A stretch of DNA of 59,853 bases, the filler included, from Sphacelaria rigidula (lineage: Eukaryota): assembly GCA_964200075.2 (NCBI GenBank). It is 9 parts of 9 records of this genome, joined end to end, with 100 filler letters (N's around TTAATTAATTAA, not from the genome) between each part and the next. Parts side by side here need not be neighbours in the genome. Positions count along the whole stretch, not along the records: positions 46,632 to 53,192 come from CAXNAA020019342.1; positions 53,293 to 59,853 come from CAXNAA020019343.1; 7 more parts are not named here. One strand, 5' to 3'. The notes under the pieces were generated by a model, which saw only the letters and a list, made by a program, of their open reading frames with translations, searched no databases and was not told the origin of the DNA. Shown here one piece after another: positions 49,807 to 59,853 of the stretch; the first letter of the stretch is position 1; each line of letters begins with the position of its first letter. The position numbers and the translations under genes were made by a program.

Positions 49807-50484
49807 GTACTAAGAAAAGATAAAGATATATACCAGTAGCCGTGTCGAGGAGAAAGTAGATGCACATAACTGCCCCTGTGGCAAAGCCATAAAGGGCAGA
49901 CGTCATATGGTGGCAGGATGTGAACTACACAAGGAAGAGCGGGACGTGCTAGAGGCGAAAATGCGGGACGTGAACGAAGGTGGCATGAAATCGTTTGATG
50001 CATTAGACAGTAGGGAGAAAATTATGACTATACTAGGAGATAGTTGGTGACCGCAGACGGCGAAACAGGACGGGGATAAGATATGTAACAGGTTTTGGTG
50101 TAATGTATGAAATAAACGTAATGAGCGCCGGATGTTGGAGGTGTCTCGATTAGTAATAGGAACGGTTCTCCGTCTCGAAAGGGATGCGTGTTCAATGGTC
50201 AAACGACCAAGGCAAGCAACAGTAAGCCCCCCCCCCTCCCCCTCCGTTAGACACCCATGAGGCAGTGTAAAAGCTGTGACTGTCTCTGGAAGTGGCGATA
50301 CCACAGAATAAAGCAACTTATTGTTGGCTGTCATCCAAAAGCAAGATTTTCCGTAGGCTTCGTGTGGTTTGAGTGCAAGCCTGGTCCGGCAAAAACCCGG
50401 CGTGCTCCGTCCCGGCATTGTAGGGATGCGAGGCCAATGGTCTGACTACGGCATGCATGATCATGAGTACATCCTCCCCCCCCC
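49807..50484 (+). mobile_element. LINE family 1 fragment (49807-50246) immediately followed by a family 2 3' end (50250-50484)
   Basis: DAHNCPCGKAIKGRRHMVAGCELHKEERD is a CCHC zinc knuckle of a non-LTR ORF2. Both elements end in C-runs. Confidence 0.88.
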
Positions 50485-51659
50485 TACGCTATGCAGAACT
50501 CGCTTGGGCAATTTCCGTTTTTGGGTAATTTTCTGAATTTTCGCGTATTGTATTCTTCCTAAGCACTCGGCAGTGCTAGCGTCGACAGATATTGAGAAAG
50601 GAAGCAGGTCATGCTCAGGACACAATCCTCAATTGGTATTGTCGGCGTAATACGGAGTAAGTTCCGCGTTCATCAGGGGATGACATCGACCGTCACTGGT
50701 CCAAAAAACACAGTTTTCGGCCCTAGTGCAATAAATAGGTAGGAAGTAAAAAACCCTTCCTTTTCATTTGTTCACGAGAACGATCGGGATCGCTTCAATT
50801 GAGAAAAAATACCCAAGGGTTGGAACCAAGGGTTGGAACCTGGCACTGGGTGGTCGCAGGATCCCCCAAAACCGGCCAACCCGTAAGTCGTTCAATATGA
50901 AGTACAGAGATGATTTTGTTTCGGAATGTGAAGCGGATACCGAGTATCTAACGATCCCCAAACTATGGGGTCAAACGTTAAGTTGGATTAGCGGTGGCAT
51001 GCGACAACAACACTATCGAAAATCGCCGACTACGAAGAAATTACAAAATTTTACCTATTTTACTGAAAACTACTGTCGTAGCAACAACAGCCCCGTGCTG
51101 TGTGTTCAAACACACGACTGTGCTCTTGCAGTAGGTCAGGAGAATATGAAGAAGATATGGTTCAAGTCTTCATCATTAATAATACCCATACGGAAGAAAT
51201 TAGGTGAAGAGAGGTGAGGGAAATGAGTGAGACGGGATGGCGTGAGCACCACTTTGTCAGGACTGCCGTCGAATCATAATCTCCACTTGGCGCATGAGCC
51301 GCGATTGGACATACGGTTGTTCCCAAAATAAAGGAACTCGGGCGCAATTTACCGCTTTTCACCCACGAGGACCCTTCTGAATAATATTTGTAGAATACTT
51401 GCATATTCCGCGTTCTCCCCGGTCACGCATGCTGGCTCGTGTTGGTAGATGAGCTATATTGAACACCGTCCCTAGCTGTATCGACTAGCAAGCCTAAGCA
51501 TTGACCTGATTGTTATCGAAAAAACAAAAAACTAGAAGAGGTAGACCGAACTCCCTACTATCCCCCCATTAATTCAAATAATAGGTTCACGACAAAAAAA
51601 ATAGCGATTTCTACCCCATGCCCAAGAGGAAATCGCGGTGTCTTTCCCAACTCTCTAAC

Positions 51660-52460
51660 GATGGCTTTCGTGAGAATAGAAACGCCACTGCTTTTCGGCC
51701 CCAAACTGGGCATTGAGAAGGTCATAATCCCCCTTACATGTAGTGCCTCCTTGACATCGTCTGCCATTGCTACATACTCTGCCTCAGTGGTAAACAGGGA
51801 GACGTATCTGTGCGTCCTACAGAAACAAGACACTAGCGTACCTCCGCAGCAAATAGCTACACCATGAGCGGAACGTCGATCCTCCGCCTTGTAGGCGTAG
51901 TCTGCGTCAACGTACGTGTCCAAGTCAAACTTCAACAACTGAATCAATCCCAAGTCGCTACTCTTCTTGAAATGTAATAAACTGAACTCCGACGTAGCAC
52001 TCAAATACCCGATTATCTTGCTGTCTTGTAGTAGTAACACCGTTTTCGTGATATTGAGAGTTGAAGGTACGATTGTGAGTGAAAAGCGGTCGATAAGTGA
52101 ATAAGCCGTTTCAGTTCCGAAATGCACCACCACTAGGCCCAATATTCTCTCTGTTGTAGCTTGCCACTGAGGCCCTCGATACCCCTGAGTAGGATATCAA
52201 CGTGTAAGCACATGGCAGTGATGAGACGACGAAAAGCACACACGGAATAAAAAATGGCCAAGTGAAGGCGAATGGTCAAAGCCACTCTCAATCCGCACCC
52301 AACTCCCAATCTCACGAAAACCTTGTTTAGTGTGAATCGGCTTGGGGTCATGATGTGAACACTGAGCGATTGCCCGAAATGCATTCGAGATATCAGGCCT
52401 GGTCAGGTTTGCTGTCCACATCAAGCTCCCCACCATGTCACTGAAAGGCGCATCCACCAC
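51660..52460 (-). mobile_element. Ty1/copia pol remnant (RT C-terminus and RNase H), interrupted at ~52025-52330
   Basis: PFSDMVGSLMWTANLTRPDISNA and YVDADYAYKAEDRRSAHG...SLFTTEAEYVAMADDVKEAL are copia RT and RNase H motifs. Confidence 0.92.
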
Positions 52461-52494
52461 AGCCTCCTCGTGCTTGCATGTCTGACAACTAAAA

Positions 52495-53010
52495 GATAAT
52501 CTTTTATGGCAATGAATCTCGATTTTTTTGAGACCCCGATTGATTCAAAATCGGGGGGAGCGATTTGTAGTATCTCAGATTTGTGAAATAGTTGTGTACA
52601 CAGTCGTTTTCTGCATCGTGAGCGTGTGGGATCGCGTAATCGTGCATGGAGCCGAAGGGCAGAGAGGCGATAAATAATCCTTCGAGTACAGTGTCCTACC
52701 GTGGTACCCTGTGGTAATAGAGTGCAAGACACTCCATCACAGCAGTACATGATGTGTGGTGATTTACACGATGACTCAGTCGGTATTGCGGGAGCAGTGT
52801 ACAGTGTGCGAGAAAATAAGTTGAGCAGTGCAGTGCCATACATCACCCTGCATGTACAGCGACAACAGACTAGGATACTTCTGTATTACGGTACCGTTAG
52901 GTCCACAGCTTCCACCCGAGTTTTTCTCCCTCGGTTTGGTCCAAATAATCGGGGTCCATAAAGTGCGTTCCCCGTTTTTTCCCCCGATGTTCGAAGAAAT
53001 TGGGATTGGT
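52495..53010 (+). mobile_element. Family A TIR element, internally deleted copy truncating the copia remnant
   Basis: Starts ATCTTTTATGGCAATGAATCTCGATTTTTTTGAGACCC and shares AATCCTTCGAGTACAGTGTC and GTGCAGTGCC(G/A)TACATCACCC with 890-1600. Confidence 0.8.
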
Positions 53011-53399
53011 GATTTCCATTGAAGATGGTTTTGTCTCCCACTCATCACCTGACAGCAGGATATAAATCGATGAGGGTATCTTTTACGCCCAGATTGTGCA
53101 CCGCTGGGTTTTTATTGGGAAATTAACAACAAATTGTGAGAATTGAGGTTTAACTTCGAGATGAGGCTCAAGCCTAAAACAGTGCTTTCCCCNNNNNNNN
53201 NNNNNNNNNNNNNNNNNNNNNNNNNNNNNNNNNNNNTTAATTAATTAANNNNNNNNNNNNNNNNNNNNNNNNNNNNNNNNNNNNNNNNNNNNGGTTTTCT
53301 CGGCTTGGGGGTCAAAAGGTGGGTTAAACGTCATGAAAGTGAACAACCCGTGGGCCAAAAATCTCTTTGCCATAACATCCGGCCTAAGTTCCAAATCAC

Positions 53400-53989
53400 A
53401 ATTCTAAAATTTGAGCTGAACAAACGAGATAAGGCCTGAAATCAATGGTCGTTTCTCCTTAATACTCAACTAAAAACACGAGAAAAAGGTGAGAAGCTGT
53501 TTCGTATGTATATTATTATGCGCTAGCGGTTCTCCCTTGGAATTTCATAGCACCACTCTCAGAAACTGAGACGCGATATCCAGATTTAGGGCATCTACAC
53601 CCCCTGCTCGTAATATATTGATTCTAGTTTTGAAACTTATGTGCGCCATATCTCGAGATAGATTAAGAATTAGGTGAAGGTGAGGGTATCTATCGTCTCC
53701 CCGTGCTCCAGGGAAGGCCCACACCGAAAATCGTCATCATCCGCTGAATGTATCGCTTGGGGTTTCGTTTAGATTTTAGTGCGGACGCTATCACCGTACG
53801 GTATTGGAATTACTCGACATGGGGGTTTAATCCACGAGAAAATATTGGCCTAGATTTTCAGCAGATGTGCATTTTCCCCTTGATTGGACGATTTATACGA
53901 TATATATGCGGATCACGGCCAAACTCGTCTGTGTCGATGAGATATTGCCTGTGGAGCTTAAATTCGTTTTTAGGCTGGCTCAGCTCGTA
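53400..53989 (+). repeat. Interspersed repeat family B, second copy
   Basis: Colinear with 13850-14458. Confidence 0.9.
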
Positions 53990-55491
53990 CAGATAATCTG
54001 TACTGACTGCACTGTTTGCAAGCAGGGTGTCTTGAGTGCGTGCGTGCGTGTTTCGTGTAGGAGGATATAACGGAGAAGCAGCCAGCGTGCAGTGCAGACA
54101 GCCTGTAGGACTATCAGCTCTCTCTGCTTACAATGCGATGTAAAAAGGACTTCAGCAACGTGCAGCTTTGTACTGCCTGCACTGTGTCCATGAGTGTGAA
54201 CAAAACTCGATTGCTCACCGTACCACGCAGTCCCGTTGCTGATCCCTACCTTGAAGGACACGGTCTAAGACACGCCCTCATGAAGGTTCCCGGGGTTCGT
54301 CCGAAAAAAAAATCCACCCGCAACTATTTCAAGCGTCTGGTGTTGATGAATCACTACGGAATTTTCTGCACGAGTGCCTTTGAATTTCCTTTCCTCCGGT
54401 TATCGGGGGTCCCAATGTCTTGTAACAAAGACGCTCACAGAAAGTTCTGTGATGGTACGCAGTACAAGTGTGCAATTTTTCAGAGGCGTGAGGTTTTGCG
54501 GATTGAATTATTTGAGATCAAAATATTGAACCAGCCCAAAATGTTTCACAAGCCAAGTACGATATGAACTCGTGTTATCTGCCGGATCAAATTCCATAAA
54601 AAATCTCATATATACCGTGATTCATTAGATGCAAGTGCTTGCCGAAATATTGGCCGTATCATGACTACGGCAGTTTCGTGACACCGGCAGTTTTTGTGCA
54701 GCACGGCTGGGACGATTGATGTGCGATGCGTATGGTGTGTTCTATCAATTTACATGGGCTTGCCCCGCGGGCTTCATCGCGGCAGTCTAGAACAATTAAC
54801 CATCATCTTCTCTATTATAGAGGTATCTCAAACCCGAGGTTCCCGGTATGTTCGTGAAAATTACCCTTAATAATTATACGGGAAACCTTCGGTTTGAGGA
54901 TGTAAGAACTCTTCGAATTCGAATTCTTAGCTTCTTCATCCCTTTTTTTCCACCGCAAAACCTTTCCCCGGAACGGTCCGTAGACCGACCCATATCCCCA
55001 CGCATATATTGAAATATGAAAAATGTATCATGAGTCCGACCCAAGTGTCGCCGATACATGGGCGCGTGCCATCTTATGTACGCATATTGTAGTGTCGTAT
55101 GCTGTAGCGCATACCGACTTCCCAGTCACGATACTGCACTAGACTACGTCGTACACCGTCAGTGATGAAATGTCGCGGATACCAGGCAGTACGGACGATA
55201 TCTTTGTATCCTACCGTGTATTCAAACCTCAATGGCAAGAAGTCGACTGACGATAGGACGCTCGTCCACGATAAAGGAAAACCACCACCATTATGTCGTA
55301 TCACCTCAAGCTCTGGAAACAACTTCACCTAGCTGTGCTGCCATTTACAACAAGCTGGGCAACGTATTCCGTTCTAACCTCCCTCATTGTGGTGCATTCA
55401 TTCATACATGCCGCCAAATTCCTCCTTTGACAAAACGTGCCGCACATACAGTACATTTACAGTACGAGTATGAACGTGATCATACAAGTAC

Positions 55492-55878
55492 CTTTTTCGC
55501 GAAAGTTGCTCTGACAGTCAACACCGGGCAGCTCCTCCAATAAGCCAATGCGAGCAGCAGATCGCAGTCATCGCTGAGGAAGGCCTTGCCTCCTCCAGGA
55601 TGTAAGTAGCTTAAGGAAACTTGGTACCGTCGTTGCTGTTGCTGTTGCTGTTGTTGTTGCGGTTGCTGCTCTTGTTGAAGTCCAAATACCGAGACGACGC
55701 TTTCGAGAAGGTCGTGTAGATTCGGCCTGTTGAAAGTGCGGTCAGCCGAGAGCTCGATAAGTTGTTCTCTACCTTCTGCTTTGACCTTTACAAGGCGATG
55801 CTGTTGCTGATATTGCTGTTCCTCTGGTTTCGTGCTGCTGACCATCGTGTTGTCATGGTGTGCTATCGTCGTACACAT
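55492..55878 (-). CDS. Probable first coding exon of a PB1-like (ubiquitin-fold) domain protein with a polyQ insert
   Basis: ATG at 55878, 129 codons, AAG|GTACTT donor. RLVKVKAEGREQLIEL...LHDLLESVVSVFGL(Q-rich)VSLSYLHPGGGKAFLSDDCDLLLAL...LTV follows the PB1 pattern. The start codon is uncertain because the frame stays open to 56097. Confidence 0.6.
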
Positions 55879-56786
55879 TGCTGCCGTGCTCTTTCTACTG
55901 CTGCCGTCGTCGTTGTTGATATTGGCTGTTGTCGAGGGTGTGTAAATAAATGTCGGTGTTTCGGGGAGGCGTGAGATGCTCCAGATTGCATCTGCGCCGT
56001 TCTTCGAAACAGGAAATCTCAGATTTCTCAGCTTCTGTGGATTAAAAAAAAATCCTAAAATCTGAATCTTTGAACTCTTATTCATTCCGAATTTCACAGC
56101 AGGATGAGCGACAGCGAGTCAGAAGGGTAGGCTGTGAGTGACTGTACTAACTAAAAATGAAAAATGAACAACTTTTGGTAATGAGCCGGTTTACCCACAA
56201 GCAGTAGGGCATCAGGCAAGCACTTTGCCCACCCTCAATTTTCTTTTCCAAAGAAGAGATGGCTTTGATCCAGTCTGACCAAACGAATGAGGATCTCCCG
56301 CGCGGCTCCAGGAAATTCAATGTCCCTCAAGAGGAATTACCAGTGAGTACGAAGATGGCCCCCCTCCATGATTCTAGTTTTTACTGATGACTTGAAGGAG
56401 TCGCAAAGCATGTTTCAACGGAAACGATCGTATTTGTGTGAGGACAATAAGCTAGGGGGCCGGGGGGCGGGGCCGGGGGTGGGGGGGGGGGCAGGGGTTC
56501 GGTTGCGGGGTTCGAGAAAAGGGTGTTGATAGGGGAGAATAATCGAACGCACGGTCCTTTCAATTGTGCGAGAAGCAGTGCTTGCTTCGGATTAGCATGT
56601 ACCTCCTTGTTGCCTTGACATTTGCAACGAAGGATTTGACTGATGTACTTACTACTGTAGGGACAGAAATGAAACGTATTTCCTCTGGGGTCAAATTCAG
56701 CTTGCCATGTTTCTTCTTCGAAGCAACAGTATAGAACTTCCGCAACATTTTTTAGCCTGGAGTTTGTAATAGTCCCGCCTTCTACG

Positions 56787-56801
56787 TGTACTGTACTGTA
56801 C

Positions 56802-56843
<42 letters not shown>

Positions 56844-56901
56844 ATTGTACTGTTCTGTTCTGTTCTGTTTGTACTGTACTGTACTGTACTGTACTGTACT
56901 G
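56787..56901 (+). repeat. Compound microsatellite (TACTG)n-(TGT)n-(TTCTG)n-(TACTG)n
   Basis: Direct inspection. Confidence 0.95.
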
Positions 56902-59853
56902 TTGTAACTGGCAGGGGGCAGTTAAGTAGGGCAAGCGCAGCAGCACTATACCCTTCGAGATGGTATTGCGACGCTGCCAGCTGTCGGGCACGGCAGCTTG
57001 TTGAGTCCTGTACGGTAGTGTCGAAGAACGCCACCCTCCTTCCCCCCCCCCCTCCCCACTATTTTCTCAAGCTCTGCCGACTACTCCCTCGTCTGCTTCA
57101 CTATTGCCATTATCCCCTCTCAACCTCGACAATTGTTGCACAATCCTGACTGTGTGTCTAATGGATGGGTGCACTCTACATGGAACACCACGATGCAGCA
57201 AGAGACAGCGGTAGATCTCGATGAATTCAAGGCGCGGTTGGCGGAAGGGTTCAACCTTACCAAGCACAGTCGTTCAGGGAAGTCCAGGTACGAGGAAAAG
57301 CTAGTCTAGCTGTGATACCACCGCGCAGGAACTTTGTTGTAAATGTTGGAGCAACTATCAGTGTCAGTGGCACGATCAAGGAGGACACGGAGGGAGCAAC
57401 GAGATCGTAGGGAGGTAGGCAGGAGGAAGGGGCGTATATTCTGTGTCAGTACAGGTGTAGATGTAGGGTGTGCGCTAATTACAGAGACGACGGTGTCGTT
57501 CGGCCCTTCGGTGGTGCTTCAAATTTAAATTTTGCACACGTCGGACAGCTCATGAGCTACCTAGATTCACTAATCGAAGATGGCTTTCAGATCTGTTGTC
57601 CAAGTACACAAAACGCGTGACAGCGGGGGCCGAGAAGGCAAAGCGCAACCTTTGCGCTACTCCGCGTGCCCGGCGTCCAGCTGTGCACTTGTGGAGAACG
57701 GAACCAAGTGAGCTATAATAGCTCATGATCTGGATCAGTAACCTTATAAGAAGTAATATTCAGGTACCTCATGAGCTGCCTCACGTGTGCTTTCCCACGT
57801 GTGATTTTTTGGCAGCGCTCTTCAGGCCATCGCTGCCGCCGCTGCCTTTTAGTGTGCGTACGCGACTTTCTATAGCGGAGTACGTAGACGGCAACTGATT
57901 TAGTGTACGCATTATAAATACAGCATATCGTCTCTGCCTACCTGCTTTACGGGTCAATATTCCGCTTGATGCTGTCATCGTGCCCCTGTGTAACCCGTCG
58001 TGAGCTGTCAGGACGTTCCTCGACGATGCCACAACAGCAACGGTAGTTTGTGCACCGACAATACTCGGTTGTGCTGTACAGGTGCTGATCGTAACTGGTT
58101 ACGAGTAGTATTTGATGTCTGCTCTGAGGGCCGATTGTATCACGAGTTTTGCGCGGTCGGCACAAAGAGGCTGGATTTTTGCAGTTCATTAGTATTGCCG
58201 CTTTGGTCGTATCGACGCGGACGCCCCAATGAGCGGTGAGCTACAACCCAAGCACACATGGATAAGGTATCCAGGTCTTGGGCATGTTCACTGTCATGTG
58301 CCAGTCACAAAATTGTCAACTGTCCAGTTACGGGTTGCTGCTCCGTAAACTGTGAACCCCTTGGAGAAGGAACCGAAAGCAAGAACCCTCACCCAATTGG
58401 TACCTCTGTAGCCATACTTGCGAAGATCCGCCCTGATTTGGTTCGTTCGTTTCGGTTGTTTGTAGTTGACCCTTTCGATTTTTTCCCTCGAGAAGGGCTA
58501 CCGGATACCATCAATTGAAGCACTTGCGAGTCTCGACACTGGTTGCGCAATCCTGTGCTGCACTGCAATATACTACACTGAACTGAACTGATTTTTTTAC
58601 TTTGTTGCTAATCATACGATGAAACGCGCGTACACGATTCTCCGCCAGTGCACCGTCTGCGCCACAAGGTCCCTACGACACTTCTGTTTTTTTCTTTTTA
58701 TCTCTCTGCAAGGTTTTTAACTCGACTCTGCGCCCGTTCTATCGAACATGTTGTGAGATTGCAATGATGAAGAGATTAGAAGCACACCCACCTCCGATCT
58801 GAGTTTGTGCTGCCAACGGATGAACGTCTTTAGATCGTTCGCCACTTTGGCGTCGTCGTCGCACGCCAAGAACACTCAAGAGGAGGGAGCAATGGCTCTG
58901 TCCACGCGCGTGGGAGGTACTTGTAGCGCCTTGAGCCTTGAGATACAGTATCCCTTGATAGAGTATCCGTTTCGGTACAACGATGGAAATCGGAAGAGCC
59001 AACATGTGTATGTGCTGAACAATCGTGGCTGTGTTCAGTCGTGCGCCTACGTAAAAAATACAGTTATGGGGGTGAATGGGGCCCGATTTTGGGCACTATA
59101 TATCTGTAAAATGGACCGACCACTATATACCGCAGAAGAATGACCCGTAATCGAGCCAATCGTATCAATCGCAGATACAGACGTCATCTCCGAATGACGA
59201 TCTCGCTCACATGGAAAAAACTCTAACTTGAGTACATATTCACAAGCCTGCGAGTGGTCGGTGTCGCGAAAATGTAGTTGCTCCAGCGACTGCACTGATT
59301 TAGTGTCGTGTGCTTGTATTGTTTGGCTGTTGCAGTCGGGAAGAACACGCCCACTACATTCCACCCCACATTCACCGTCCTTCTCAACATCAGCAGTCAA
59401 GAATACGAAAAGTGGCAGTAGTTGCGGGCGTCATCCACAACACCGACCCCACCTAACCCTTTTACTCACATATCGTAGAGTATCTTGGAACAAGTGAGGA
59501 TGGTGTAGACGACGTTGACGAAGAAGGAGCGATTCACGCTGTGCGGCTGAGCTGCACATGGCATACCCCGCACCTTCCGGTGATGGCGGGTTTGGAGAGC
59601 AATTGCTTCATGGGCCCCATGGGCTCAGGGTCGTGGCACGAGTGAAAGAAATCACTTTTGTGTTCTCCACTCCTGAAAGCAAACCGTCAACGGCAAACTT
59701 CACCTCTGCGACACAAGACACAAGACGTTCGGAGCTATCAGCGTTGAACCGTCACGTTGCCTTTTGTGTCATCCTGACCACCATGGCAGCGCGAAAGGAG
59801 CGCTGCGTAATCAAGGCATCCACACATCCATTTCACATGACATCGGCACAGAG

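Noticed and set aside
6563..53292. Regularly spaced TTAATTAATTAA motif every ~6.66 kb, resembling a periodic array
   Set aside because: It is an artificial linker embedded in N runs, not biological.
57700..59853. Coding-like stretches with possible splice sites, including QYPLIEYPF (weakly Helitron-like)
   Set aside because: No consistent reading frame or recognisable domain could be assembled.

Overview
Eukaryotic, repeat-rich genomic DNA, most likely from a brown alga (Phaeophyceae). This is an inference from the short exons in long GT-AG introns and the repeat style. The window is not contiguous: it is nine unrelated 6561-6562 bp contigs joined by artificial 100-nt N44-TTAATTAATTAA-N44 linkers, so context is valid only within a contig. 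Host gene pieces supported by phase-consistent exons are the 3' part of a mitochondrial succinate/fumarate carrier (SFC1-like), three internal exons of CPSF2/CPSF100, the 3' end of a coiled-coil protein, a PB1-domain exon, and a TRM11-like first exon that is probably pseudogenised. Most of the rest is transposon debris: LINE 3' ends, tRNA-derived SINEs, MITEs, a Ty1/copia remnant and an intron-containing piggyBac-like transposase remnant. Two observations stand out. First, a decayed, spliced, multi-copy module couples a 2OG-Fe(II) dioxygenase-like gene with a ParB/sulfiredoxin-like gene. Second, two abundant retroposon families end in poly(C) rather than poly(A), and their target-site duplications begin with C-runs, suggesting C-tailed, C-tract-targeting retrotransposition. 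All family assignments come from motif recognition by eye; no searches were run.
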